Assembly: GCA_963708075.1 (NCBI GenBank)
Contig: OY970194.1
Location: 2,528,001 to 2,592,000 of the forward strand
Length of the DNA stretch: 64,000 nt
Direction of reading: 5' to 3'
From: Sedimentisphaerales bacterium
GTDB lineage: Bacteria; Planctomycetota; Phycisphaerae; Sedimentisphaerales; Anaerobacaceae
The translations under genes were made by a program, and so were the position numbers. This document shows, piece after piece, positions 8,423 to 22,357 of this stretch (positions within the stretch are counted from its first letter, which is position 1; every line of letters begins with the position of its first letter). The notes beneath the pieces are model-generated. The model was not told where the DNA came from. It worked only from the letters and a program-made list of their open reading frames with translations, and made no database searches.

Positions 8423-10489
8423 ATGAACACGAGTTGGAAGCTGGTTTTATGGGGCACTGTCGTGCTGCTGCTGGCGCTGTCCGCATGGCTCGTCTATCTT
8501 CAGCACAGCGCCCGGGGACAGGTGAGCGTCATCACTCCTCCCGAGGCGGAGGCACTACGCATCGCGGTGATGGATCCCCTGTCATCCGCATTGTGCTCTG
8601 CTGAAACCGGGAGCTTCGCCCGGCACGATTACTCGGGGCTTGCCCACCACCTCGGACGCAAAATCAGGCGGCCGGTCCAAATCGACTATGGACGGAGCCT
8701 GGCGGACGCCCTTGGGCCGAAGCCTGAAGAGATCGATTTAATCATCGGCAAGGGATCGGTCGTGCAGTCACAGGCGATACAGGCAAATCTGCTCGTCCGC
8801 CCTGTCGTTCGACTCACCGACCGGGAGGGCAGCACCGATCTCTCAGGCCTTTTCATCGTGCGTAAGAACGATCCAGCCAAGACGATCAAAGACCTGATGG
8901 ATTACAGGATTCTCTTCGGGCCCACCTGCGACGACGAGAGACATTCGGCCGCCCTGGCTGTGCTGGCGAAACAGGGCGTGATGCCCATGCCGCCTGTGCA
9001 GATGGTGCCAAGCTGCACGGCTGCCGCCCTGGCGGTCGCGGAAGGCGAGGCGGACGCGGCGGTCATTTCCAGTTACGCGGCCCCGCTGCTCGACGGCTGC
9101 GACAGCGTGGACAAAGAGGCCCTGCGAGTGATCGGCCGCACATCCCCCGAGCCGTTCATCACCGTTTTTGCCACGGCCCGAGTGACCCCCGCCGCGGAGC
9201 GAGAGATCGCCGATGCACTATTTTCCATCCAGGAGGATCCGCAACTGCTCGAAGCGATGAATTCGAGGGCCGGCTTTGTCGATCTGCAGGCAAAGCCTGT
9301 GATACGTGAGTATCGGCCTGCACAACCGCCGGCGCCGCCTTGGGCCGATTGGCGAGGTCAGGACCGCTCTGCGATCAGTCCGCACGTGCCGGACCGCCTG
9401 CCCTCGCGAGCGAGCTTCTTTTGGAAGCGAGGCTTGACGGGCGCGGGCCTCTCAGGCATTGCGGCCACGCATAAGCATGTGATCGTCGCCGACAAGAGCG
9501 AGCAGAACGACCGGGACATCTGGCGGTGCCTGGACGCCGGCACAGGCAAAGAGGTCTGGACCATCGCCTACGCGACGCCGACAAAAATGGAGTTCACGAA
9601 TGCCCCACGTGCTGCGCCGGTCATCCACGGCGACCTCGTGTATCTCCTGGGCGCGTTTGGCGACCTGCACTGTGTCGACCTGAGCAACAGCCGAATCGTC
9701 TGGCGAAAGAACATTGTCAAGGACTTCGAGGCCTCGTTGACGCCCTGGGGCATGAGTTCCACGCCGCTGGTTGTCGATGGCAAGCTGATCGTCAATCCGG
9801 GGGCGAAGGATGCGTCGCTGGTCGCCCTGGACCTGTACACAGGTGAGGTCCTCTGGAAGACGCCGGGCGAGCGAGCTGCGTATGCCTCTCTGATCCTCGG
9901 CACGTTCGGCGGCGTTCGCCAGATCGTCGGCTACGACGCCGTCTCGCTGGGCGGCTGGGACCCGAACACCGGCCGGCGATTGTGGGAGTTGCCGCCCCCC
10001 AAGAAAGGCGACTACAATGTCCCCACCCCGGTCAACGTCAGCGGGCGAATCCTCCTGAGCACGGAGAATAACGGCACGCGGCTCCACGCTTTCGGCGGCG
10101 ACGGACGCATCCTGCCCACCCCTGTCGCATGGAACTCCAACCTCAAGCCTGACACCTCCACGCCCGTCATAGTGAACGGGCTGGTATTCGGCTGTTCCAA
10201 CGGCCTCTTCTGCCTCGACCTCAGCCAGGACTTGAAAACGCTCTACGCGGCGAACGACGACGCCGCATTCAAGAACCATGCCGCGTTCATCGCGGGCAAC
10301 GACCGCGTGTTGGCGCTATCCGTCGAAGGCGAGCTGGTCCTGCTGCAGGCGTCACGAACCAGTTTCACGCCGGTCTCGCGTCTGCGGCTGTTCACAGACA
10401 CGGACGTCTGGTCCCATCCCGCGCTGGTCGGCAACCGCCTCTACGTCCGCAGCATGAAAGAAGTCTGCTGCATACTGCTGAGCGATTGA
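8423..10489 (+). CDS. Phosphonate-binding (PhnD-like) domain fused to PQQ-like beta-propeller
   Basis: N-terminal TM; periplasmic-binding-like region (IVRKNDPAKTIKDL, V.EGEADAAV); C-terminal WRG..R, CLDAGTGKEVW, HPALVGNRLYVR propeller repeats. Confidence 0.75.
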   Translation: MNTSWKLVLWGTVVLLLALSAWLVYLQHSARGQVSVITPPEAEALRIAVMDPLSSALCSAETGSFARHDYSGLAHHLGRKIRRPVQIDYGRSLADALGPKPEEIDLIIGKGSVVQSQAIQANLLVRPVVRLTDREGSTDLSGLFIVRKNDPAKTIKDLMDYRILFGPTCDDERHSAALAVLAKQGVMPMPPVQMVPSCTAAALAVAEGEADAAVISSYAAPLLDGCDSVDKEALRVIGRTSPEPFITVFATARVTPAAEREIADALFSIQEDPQLLEAMNSRAGFVDLQAKPVIREYRPAQPPAPPWADWRGQDRSAISPHVPDRLPSRASFFWKRGLTGAGLSGIAATHKHVIVADKSEQNDRDIWRCLDAGTGKEVWTIAYATPTKMEFTNAPRAAPVIHGDLVYLLGAFGDLHCVDLSNSRIVWRKNIVKDFEASLTPWGMSSTPLVVDGKLIVNPGAKDASLVALDLYTGEVLWKTPGERAAYASLILGTFGGVRQIVGYDAVSLGGWDPNTGRRLWELPPPKKGDYNVPTPVNVSGRILLSTENNGTRLHAFGGDGRILPTPVAWNSNLKPDTSTPVIVNGLVFGCSNGLFCLDLSQDLKTLYAANDDAAFKNHAAFIAGNDRVLALSVEGELVLLQASRTSFTPVSRLRLFTDTDVWSHPALVGNRLYVRSMKEVCCILLSD

Positions 10490-10544
10490 GAGCCCATCCT
10501 GATAGGCTTGTTGCCTGATGGGGAGGTACTCGCCCTAATCCACT

Positions 10545-12797
10545 TTACTTCTTCCCCGACACGACCTTGAAGTTGACGGATAGCTCACCTACGAGGGCCT
10601 TGAAATCGCCGGGCTCTATGACGGGCTTGTTGTCTCGTCCGATGAAGGCGAGGTCCTCCGGTTGCAGCTCAAATCGCAAGGTCTCCACCTGTTTGGCCTG
10701 CAACGAGACTTTCTGGAACCGCTTGAGGGATTTGACGGGCGGGGTCACCGAAGCCACCAGGTCGGATACGTACAGTTCGACGGTTTCCTTGCCCGGCCGA
10801 TCACCCGTGTTGACGACCTCCACGGTAACCGTCAGCGGCTCTTTCGCCGTAATCTCGCTCTTGCTCACCGCCAAGCCGCGATAGGCGAACGTCGTGTAGG
10901 ACAGCCCGAACCCGAACGACCACTGCGGGTCATACTTGTTGCCGCCCTTTTCCTCGCTGGGCTTGTGGTCGTACCAGGTGAAGCCGGCGGCGTATTTCGG
11001 ATAGGTGAACGGCAGTTTTCCGCTCGGGTTGGCGTCGCCGAAGAGGACGTCAGCCACGGCCTGCCCCCCTTCCATGCCGGGCAGATATGCCATCAGGATT
11101 GCCCGGGCGTCATCAACAATCGTGCGAATCACCCGCGGCCGGCCCTCCGCGAGGACCAACACGACGGGCTTGCCGGTCCCGGCCAAAGCCTTGACCAGCT
11201 TCAACTGCGGCTCGGTCATCGTCAGGTCTACAATATTGCCGGGCGTCTCGCAGTAGGCGGGCTCTCCGATGCAGGCGATAATGACATCAACGCCCCGAGC
11301 CGCAGCGACCGCGCCCGTGATATCCAACTCCTTATCGAAGGTCACGGCATCAACAAAGGTGACATTCTCCTTGCCTGCCTTCTTCTGGATCGCCTCCAGG
11401 ATCGTGTCCTTCTCCTGTGGATACAGATCCTCCCTGTCGCCCTGCCAGGTGATGGTCCAGCCGCTGTTCAGGACGGAGAGCTTGTTCGCACACGGACCCG
11501 TGACCAGCACTTTCCTGTCCTTGGCCAGCGGCAGTGTCTTTCCGTCGTTCTTGAGCAGCGTCATCGCCTCCTGGGCGGCCTGCAGGTTCACCTGCCGGGA
11601 GGCATCCGTGGCGAATCGCGGGATCAGGTTCTTGTTGGGATAAGGCTTCTCGAAGAGCCCGAGCATATACTTGACGCGAAGAATCCGGCTGACCGCCTCA
11701 TCGATCCGCTTCATCGGGACCTCGCCGTCGCGGACCAGCTCGATCAGCGTGTCATAGAAGCTGTAATCGTACGGCACCATGCTCATATCGACGCCTGCCA
11801 TGACAGCCATCTTCACGGCCTCGCGCCGATCCTTTGCCACCATCTCACGGGTATAGAGGTTCTCGATGTCGGCCCAGTCGCTGACGATGAAGCCGTCGAA
11901 GCCCAACTCGCCGTGAAGCAGGTCCGTCAGGTAGAACTTGCTCGAATGGACGGGGATGCCGTTGATCTCGGAGGAATTGGCCATGCAGGTGACGGCGCCC
12001 GCCTTGACCGCGGCGGCGAACGGCTTGAGGAAATATTCTCGCAACTGGCGGTCCGGAATGTATGCCGGCGTGCGGTCGTTGCCCGACCAGGGGAGGCTGT
12101 AGCCGAGATAGTGCTTCATGCACACGGCCACCTTGACGGCAGCGGAGATATCCTCGCCCTGCTGACCCTGAATATAAGCGGCCCCCATGATCGAAGCGAC
12201 GTAAGCGTCCTCGCCGAAGGTCTCGAAAACACGCGACCACATCGGCTGGCGCGCCAGGTCCAGGACAGGGGCGAAGTTCCAGGGAATGCCCGCCGCCCGC
12301 GTCTCCAGGGCTGAGATGACGCCGGCCTCGCGCATCAGCTCAGTGTTTCGCGTCGCCGCCATGGCGATATTCTGCGGGAAGATCGTCGCCCCGAGCACGT
12401 AATTGGCGCCGTGGATCGTGTCGATGCCGTAGATGATCGGGATGCCCAGCCGGGTCTCTTTCGTCGCCAGGTCCTGCATCTGCGTAATCATCTCCTGCCA
12501 GTTCTGCACGGTTCGTGCCTGGCCGCCGCAGTTGAGGATCGAGCCGAGATTGTGCCCGACGATCCCGTCACGCAGTTTCTTCGGGTCGAGAATCAGCGTG
12601 CCCTTCTTCTCTTCCTTGGAGAACTGCTCCAGCGTGATCTGCGTCATCTGCCCGACCTTTTCCTCGAGCGTCATCTTCGACACCAGCCGCTGGACCTTCC
12701 CGTCAATCTCCGACTGTTTCTTGTCGCGACTTTCCATACTCGAGCACCCCACGCCTGCAATCGCCAGAACTATCGAAAGAACCACCCGCTTCTTCAT
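10545..12797 (-). CDS. GH3 beta-glucosidase (BglX-like), lipoprotein
   Basis: MTLEEKVGQM, RLGIP..YGID.IHG, KHY, SDW nucleophile motif, NPSGKLPFT, Fn3-like C-terminus; signal MKKRVV...GVGC; track start 13229 is read-through of the repeat. Confidence 0.93.
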   Translation of the reverse strand: MKKRVVLSIVLAIAGVGCSSMESRDKKQSEIDGKVQRLVSKMTLEEKVGQMTQITLEQFSKEEKKGTLILDPKKLRDGIVGHNLGSILNCGGQARTVQNWQEMITQMQDLATKETRLGIPIIYGIDTIHGANYVLGATIFPQNIAMAATRNTELMREAGVISALETRAAGIPWNFAPVLDLARQPMWSRVFETFGEDAYVASIMGAAYIQGQQGEDISAAVKVAVCMKHYLGYSLPWSGNDRTPAYIPDRQLREYFLKPFAAAVKAGAVTCMANSSEINGIPVHSSKFYLTDLLHGELGFDGFIVSDWADIENLYTREMVAKDRREAVKMAVMAGVDMSMVPYDYSFYDTLIELVRDGEVPMKRIDEAVSRILRVKYMLGLFEKPYPNKNLIPRFATDASRQVNLQAAQEAMTLLKNDGKTLPLAKDRKVLVTGPCANKLSVLNSGWTITWQGDREDLYPQEKDTILEAIQKKAGKENVTFVDAVTFDKELDITGAVAAARGVDVIIACIGEPAYCETPGNIVDLTMTEPQLKLVKALAGTGKPVVLVLAEGRPRVIRTIVDDARAILMAYLPGMEGGQAVADVLFGDANPSGKLPFTYPKYAAGFTWYDHKPSEEKGGNKYDPQWSFGFGLSYTTFAYRGLAVSKSEITAKEPLTVTVEVVNTGDRPGKETVELYVSDLVASVTPPVKSLKRFQKVSLQAKQVETLRFELQPEDLAFIGRDNKPVIEPGDFKALVGELSVNFKVVSGKK

Positions 12798-12917
12798 AGC
12801 ACCATTCCCTTTCCATTCGCGATCAGTCATATCCAGGGCTCCCGCCCTGAATGTGCACGACATGGTAGCAGAGAATTGGAGAGTCGAAAACAGAAAACTC
12901 GCCCGAATGGGATACGC

Positions 12918-13247
12918 GGGTGCGGCCGACATTCGGTGGCGGGTTCCGATTCCACCGGACCCAAGAGCGCACCCCGGTCTTCTGTCGCCCCTGCGGGGCT
13001 TTGAGATAGGATTGGCTATCGGCACCCACCGTTGAAACGGTGGGCTATTGTCGATCGCCCCTGTGGGGCGGATGGGCTGACGCAGGAGGACTGGGGCGCA
13101 GTCGAAGCCCGCAGGGCGACAGAGAATAGCCCAGCGATTCATCGCTGGGGAACCGGGGCCAAGGATAAAAACCAGTCCCGTAAGGGACGAAAGAGGGGCG
13201 ATCCGCACACGGCGGCTACACGCCGCCACCGTATTCCGACCGCACCC
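12918..13247 (-). repeat. ~325-bp REP/MITE-like palindromic element, copy 2
   Basis: Reverse complement of 5065-5386 with scattered substitutions. Confidence 0.9.
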
Positions 13248-13271
13248 GGATATGCTGCAGTGAGAGGGTGC

Positions 13272-16103
13272 CTATCCCGCGGCGCGAATGGCGGCGAGGA
13301 GCTCTTCGGACGGACCACTCTTGGACAGGTATGCCGCGGCGCCGGCGTTGCGCATGCGTCGCGACACGTGCGAGTCCTCGAACATGGATAGCGCGATCAC
13401 CCGCGTGTTCGGCAGGTGCTTTCTGATTTGCCGCGTGGCCTCATCGCCGGCCATTACCGGCATGGCGACGTCCATGACGACAACATCGGGCGCGAATTGA
13501 TAGGCCAGATCGACGGCCTCGCGGCCGTTGCCGGCCTGGCCGACGACCTCGATGTCATGCTCTTCATCCAGCATGGCCGCCAGGCCTTCTCGCATGACCC
13601 TGTGGTCGTCGGCGAGCAGCACCCGCACCCGCTTGTCCCCCGAGCGTTTCGCGCGTTTCTTGCGTACTGCCGGAGCGGGCATGCTGATCTCGTCGAGTCC
13701 CTCATACTGCTCATCCTCCGCTTTACCGGCTCCGGGATCGGGCACGGAGATGACAAAGACGCTCCCCTTGCCGGGGGCGCTCCTGATCCTCATGCGGCCG
13801 CCGAGTAACTCGATGCGCTCACGCACACTCAGCAGCCCGAAGCCGGCGGTCTTTTCGAGTTCCTGCGGATCGAACCCGCGGCCCTTGTCGGACACGCACA
13901 CCCACAGATGCCCGTGCGCGCGGCGCAGACGAAGCCACGCCTCCTTGACCTTCGCATGCTTGATCACGTTGAACAGCATCTCCTGGACTGTCTTGTAGAG
14001 GAAGGCCTTGAGCGGCTCGGACCCCACGTGGATCGCCTCCATGTAATCCAGATGGACCACCAGGCCGTGCTTGGCCTTCACCTGCTCCGCCACCCATTCG
14101 AAGATCTCGCACAGGTCGCTCTGTCCCAGTACCGGCGGGTTCAGCTCGTGCGACAGGCTGCGGGACTTGCCGATGGCCTCCACGAGCAACTGTTTCACCT
14201 CCGCGGTCATCTCCTGCACCGTCTGCTCATTCTTGAACCGGCCGCCCAGCAGACCAAGCTGGAACTTGGCCGCGGCCAGGATCTGCTGCAGGTCATCGTG
14301 CAGAAGCTCCGCCAGGCGCTTGCGCTCGCGGTCCTCCGCCTGCGACAGCTCCAGCGCCAAATGCTGGAGCTGGCGGGTCCGCTGCTCCAACTCCTGATAT
14401 GCGCTCTGCTGCTCCGTGACGTCTTCGAGATTGAGCACGAGCAACTGCACCTCATTTGCGTCGTCCAGCAAGGGCGTCAACTGCCAGTTCCAGTAGGTCA
14501 GACGCCGCGGGCCCTTCGGATAAGCAAAGGGCTTGGCGTAAGCCCGGTACGGCTGCTTCGTCTGCACCACCTGCTCGAAGATCACCCGGTTCTCCTCATC
14601 CGGATACAAGTCGAAGTGATTCTTGTCGACGAAGTACTCCGGCGTCTTGGCATCCGCCCTGGCATACGCCTCGTTGACGCGAACGAAGTTGAAGTCGCGA
14701 TCCATGAAGGCCAACGGTGTGATCGTGTGCTCGAAGAAGCCTTCGAGCATCTGCGTGCTCTTTTGCAGCTTACCCTCGGTCTGCACCCTTCGCGTGATTT
14801 CACCACGCAAATGGTTCACTGTACTCGTCAATTGCGAGGTGCGTGATCGCACCTGCTCGCTCAGGCGATCGTTCCATTGACGCAGCTCCTCCTCCATCTG
14901 CTTTCGCCCGGTGATGTCCCGCACGACGCCCGTCAGATATATGGGCCGACCCATCCCATCCTTCTCCACGGCCAGGCAATCCGCCAGCCAGCGGTATTCC
15001 TCATCTTTGCACCGGAACCGATACTCCAGGCCGCCCTGGCCTTGAGCCATGGCCTCCGCCAACTCCCTGCGCACTCGCTCCGCATCCTCCGGATGAACCC
15101 GGCCGAACACCTGATCGAGCGAAAGCTCGCTCATCTCCTGGGCCGAAAAGCCCAGGATCTTCTCGACCACGGGACTGATGTAATCGTAGCGGCCATTCCG
15201 CAGATCCCGTCGATACGCGACATCGAGCGAATTCTCGAGCACGGCCCGGAACCGCCGCTCGCTCCCGCGCAGAGCCTCCTCGAACCGCCTGCGATCCGTG
15301 ATGTCCTGCACAGCGCCGACCATCCGAAGCGGGCGCCCCTGCTCGTCGAGTTCGATTTCCGCATGCTCCAGAACGATCCGCTCCGTACCGTCCGGGCGAA
15401 TGATCCGATGTTCGATCTCGTAGGGTTGCTTCTCTGTTATTGCTCGCGCCACGGCATCCTCGACCCGCTGCCGGTCATCGGGATGCACGTGCTGGAAGAA
15501 CAAGTCATTAGTCACCTCGACTGAGCCCGGCTCGTACCCGAAGATGCGATAGACTTCATCACACCATTGCAGAGGGTCCCTGTTGAGCTCGCTGGAGTTC
15601 TGGGTGAACTCGATACTCCAAGCGCCGAGATTCGCCATCTTGCCGGCTTGCATCAGAACTGTTCGATTGCGTTTGAGGGTTTCCTCTGTGCTTTTGCGCT
15701 CGGTGATGTCCGTGAGAAACAGGATCAGGCCTCTGTCGACCGGGTAGCATCGGCATTCATACCAGCGTTGCAGCGCGGCGCAGTACTCCTCAAACTTCAC
15801 AGATGCCCTCTGCTCCGCGGCGAGAGTGAGTTCTCTGTAGGACCGCGATTGCTGCAATTCCGGCAAGGCCTCCCAGACTACTTTGCCAATAAATTCTCCA
15901 GGCACGGTCCCGAGAAGTGTAGCTGCCGTCTTGTTGACGTATGTACAGCGCCAGTCTCTGTCGATGACAACGAGCCCATCCTGAATGCTCTCAAGCACGG
16001 CGGTGAGATGAGGAAGGCTCCGCGCCGCCTGCACGTCGCGCACTTCATCCGCTATCTCGCTGCTCGGATTCTTTGCCATGTTATGCTTCTCTACAGAATC
16101 CAC
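13272..16103 (-). CDS. Multi-PAS hybrid sensor kinase (HisKA_3/HATPase) with C-terminal receiver domain
   Basis: Four PAS/PAC units (VHPDDR, DITDRR), ERKRLAELLHDDLQQ, NVIKHA, DKGRGF, GFGLLSVRER, LLADDH...DVVVMDVAMP; start may be 16079. Confidence 0.92.
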   Translation of the reverse strand: MDSVEKHNMAKNPSSEIADEVRDVQAARSLPHLTAVLESIQDGLVVIDRDWRCTYVNKTAATLLGTVPGEFIGKVVWEALPELQQSRSYRELTLAAEQRASVKFEEYCAALQRWYECRCYPVDRGLILFLTDITERKSTEETLKRNRTVLMQAGKMANLGAWSIEFTQNSSELNRDPLQWCDEVYRIFGYEPGSVEVTNDLFFQHVHPDDRQRVEDAVARAITEKQPYEIEHRIIRPDGTERIVLEHAEIELDEQGRPLRMVGAVQDITDRRRFEEALRGSERRFRAVLENSLDVAYRRDLRNGRYDYISPVVEKILGFSAQEMSELSLDQVFGRVHPEDAERVRRELAEAMAQGQGGLEYRFRCKDEEYRWLADCLAVEKDGMGRPIYLTGVVRDITGRKQMEEELRQWNDRLSEQVRSRTSQLTSTVNHLRGEITRRVQTEGKLQKSTQMLEGFFEHTITPLAFMDRDFNFVRVNEAYARADAKTPEYFVDKNHFDLYPDEENRVIFEQVVQTKQPYRAYAKPFAYPKGPRRLTYWNWQLTPLLDDANEVQLLVLNLEDVTEQQSAYQELEQRTRQLQHLALELSQAEDRERKRLAELLHDDLQQILAAAKFQLGLLGGRFKNEQTVQEMTAEVKQLLVEAIGKSRSLSHELNPPVLGQSDLCEIFEWVAEQVKAKHGLVVHLDYMEAIHVGSEPLKAFLYKTVQEMLFNVIKHAKVKEAWLRLRRAHGHLWVCVSDKGRGFDPQELEKTAGFGLLSVRERIELLGGRMRIRSAPGKGSVFVISVPDPGAGKAEDEQYEGLDEISMPAPAVRKKRAKRSGDKRVRVLLADDHRVMREGLAAMLDEEHDIEVVGQAGNGREAVDLAYQFAPDVVVMDVAMPVMAGDEATRQIRKHLPNTRVIALSMFEDSHVSRRMRNAGAAAYLSKSGPSEELLAAIRAAG

Positions 16104-16519
16104 AATGCACGGACCGCCTCAACGGTGTAAATGGAACCGGTTGGAAACGCGCCCACTTGATGGTGTGAAGGTGCACGAGCCGTCCAATGCAAACCATCAA
16201 ATCTCTACTCTGTTTAATATCACGCCTGCGCTGCATACGGATGGCGAGAAATCGGTGTTCAGATACAGGGGAGGAAAGCCGGTCATTCGCGGGATTGTTC
16301 GACCAAACCGTGATCTCGCCCGCTGTATTTATGCTTTCTCGCTTATCTCGTGTATTCCCACGGGAGGAGTCTCTCAGACCTGTAAAACCGATGGTACAGA
16401 GCCAACCGGCCGGCCGTGTTGCCGTAAAAATTTTCCGGTGAAATCCTCCTCGCCTCGAACCTCTGCGGGCAAACCCTCGTAATTTTATCAGACGTGAAAA
16501 CTTAGAGTTATCTTTGGGT

Positions 16520-16547
16520 TAAAGTCCCGTTGAATAGCTGCCGATAC
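16520..16547 (+). promoter_or_regulatory. Putative sigma28 (FliA/SigD)-type promoter
   Basis: TAAA-N16-GCCGATAC; no + strand CDS follows. Confidence 0.5.
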
Positions 16548-16552
16548 GGACA

Positions 16553-16625
16553 ATAGCCCAATAGAAGATTTTTCTCCCCTCCGGAAAACGTCGGGTAGCT
16601 TCGGGTTACCCGATGTTTTCTTTTT
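16553..16625 (+). ncRNA. Candidate small RNA with CU-rich anti-SD motif
   Basis: Lies between sigma28-like promoter and + strand intrinsic terminator; contains TTCTCCCCTCC. Confidence 0.4.
16585..16625 (+). terminator. Rho-independent terminator (+ strand)
   Basis: CGTCGGGTAGC-TTCGG-GTTACCCGATG stem (two G-U pairs valid only on + strand) followed by TTTTCTTTTT. Confidence 0.75.
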
Positions 16626-16685
16626 ATAGGCAAATCACGGCCTCTGTCTCACATTTCCCTACACGGCGATGGGGAATCTCCCTAC

Positions 16686-20183
<3,498 letters not shown>

Positions 20184-20295
20184 TCCCTGTGCTCCAAATC
20201 CGTGATACTTCTTTCTTCCACGTTGCTCGAAGGTTGACTTCCTGGAGACGCCCGCGATGACGCATCTCATCCGGCCGCCCTCCAATCCGGGGGCC

Positions 20296-20324
20296 AGTAT
20301 GGCAGAATCGAGGAGGGATGTCAA
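20296..20324 (-). promoter_or_regulatory. sigma70-type promoter for secA
   Basis: TTGACA-N17-CATACT. Confidence 0.7.
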
Positions 20325-20454
20325 GAAAGCCCCAGGCGTGCAGAGCAGTGGTTCCCAAGCGCGCCGCACAGTGGGCAGGGAATCCCAATCTCCGCCGGAT
20401 GCATCGCGTGCGCTTACTCAATATACTATCCTGGCCGGTTCCCTTGTTCGATGG

Positions 20455-22357
20455 CTACTGGGATATACTGGACTTGCTCGCCTCGACGGTGCCGCCGTAG
20501 GCGCCCATGTTGATCGTGAGGCCGTTCGGGAATATCTCATGGCCGTACGCAACATCCGGATCGCCCGCGTCGATGCATGGGCTGGCTACCTCATCCCGCA
20601 CCCATTTGCGTATCTTTGGGTCCCAGCGACCCGCCTGCGATTGCAGATGATAATCGCCCATGATCCAGACTGCATCGGGATCATCCGGCTTGACTGCTGT
20701 ATTCGGATCATTGCGGCTCACCCACTGGTCCCCGGCGGCAAAGAGCGGGTCGGCGTCAAGATTGCCCATGCCCACCCAGCCGCCGGAGAGGGTGCTGTAG
20801 CGAATCACAGGCTCTTTGACCCCGTCGGACAGAATCTCCCTTGGCGTGTTGCCCCAGAGAATTGAATTGACGATCGTCACAGGACTGTTGTGCAGGGACA
20901 GGGCCGCGCCAAACGCCCCCGCCTGATTGTCGGCAATCGTGCAGTTTATGAATTGGGCATCGCTGTCCGCGCAGTAGATTGTCGAACCGCCCGAATCGCT
21001 CGCGCGATTGCCCGTCACCAGGCAGTTGGCAAGGGTTGGACTACTGGCGGTACATTGAATCGCTGCGGCGAGGCGGTTCTCTGCCGCCGGTAATCACCAG
21101 ACCCCGCAATGTACAGTCAGGCCCCTCGCCATGAGTGAAACTGACGACGGGGCCCGTTCCATCGCCGTCAACCACCGGCCACGCCGCGGCCTTGGTATTC
21201 GCCGGATCGAATCCCGTCACCTGGATTCGCTTGCCGAGCAGATCGACGATCTCTCGATAAGTCCCTGCATGCACAAAGACGATTGAACCATCCTCGGCGG
21301 CATTGATTGCCTCCTGGATTCGATCAAAGGGATGATTGGAGGTGCCATCCTCCTGCAGATCACTGACCCGCGGGTCGTCCAAGCCGGGGTCGAATGGACC
21401 ATCGTCATCGACGTGGATGATGCGTGCCTCCGCCACAGGGTCGTCCGGAGTCTCCTCCACAACGTTGGGGTCCTCCACGGGGGCGAAGTCTGCCCGGATT
21501 TCCAGGTCGTGCTCGATGGAGAGAAATATCGGGTTTTCCGACGCCGTATAGGTTCCGGAGAAGCCAACGAATACGAAGCCGGGATCGGCCTCGGCCCTCA
21601 GAAAGATAATCTCACCGTTATCGTACACGAATTCGCCTTCCCCCGGCTCTGTGATGGATCCGCCCTTCGTGGAGGAGAGCACCACCCGGCGCCGAGCGCA
21701 GGAATTGTACTCGATGGTGATGCCTGGGTTGTTCGCGATGATCTGCGGGATGTAAGTGGCACAGGCGTCCGGGTCCAGCGGATTGCCCCGCAGGTCCACG
21801 AACCCAAGGCTCGCCAGACTGCACAGGGGTGAGACATCACGGATTTCGTTGTACTGAAGGCTGATCCCCTGCAGATTTGTCAGGCCGGAGAGAGGGGAGA
21901 TGTCGCTAATCTCATTCCATTCGAGATACAGGTGCTCGAGTTTCACCATGCCGGACAATGCGGAGATATCGCTGATGCGATTATCGCGGATAATCAGCAT
22001 CTCCATGTTCGTGAGTCCGGCCAAGGGCGAGATATCGCTGATGACGAGATTCGCGTGAGCGTCAAGATACCTCAGGTTCGTCAGACTGGACAGGGGCGAA
22101 AGGTCGCTGATCCGGTTCCATCGAATCCACAACTCCTCCAGATTCGTGGCATACTCCAGGCCCGACAGGTTGGTTATTCCCTTCCTGTCCGCCAGCAGCG
22201 AAGTCAACCCCAGCATATCCTCCGGCGTTGGGTCCGATATCCATAGTTCCTCTTCCACCGCCGCCTTGAGATGGGGATCGGCAAACTGGACCGGGTCCGC
22301 AGCCCACACGGAGGCCAGCACGAACAATAGTGACGGCGCAAGCAAGGCTGTGCTCAC
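20455..22357 (-). CDS. Secreted internalin-like LRR + InlB B-repeat + right-handed beta-helix protein (frameshift near 21080)
   Basis: Signal peptide, F.D..L..AV cap, LRRs (ISDLSPLSSLTNL), A.ADPGFVFVGFSG repeat, IQEAI..A, DYHLQS..SPCIDAGDP..NMGAYG; ORFs 21041..22357 and 20455..21018 join by a 1-base shift. Confidence 0.8.

Noticed and set aside
12798..13229. N-terminal extension of the GH3 ORF (and ORFs 5027..5410, 5129..5587, 5340 start of gspE)
   Set aside because: Translations of the palindromic repeat element; real starts with signal peptide or RBS lie downstream.
16467..16500. c-di-GMP-I riboswitch (GGGCAAACC)
   Set aside because: No following GAAA tetraloop stem or GACGCAAA element.
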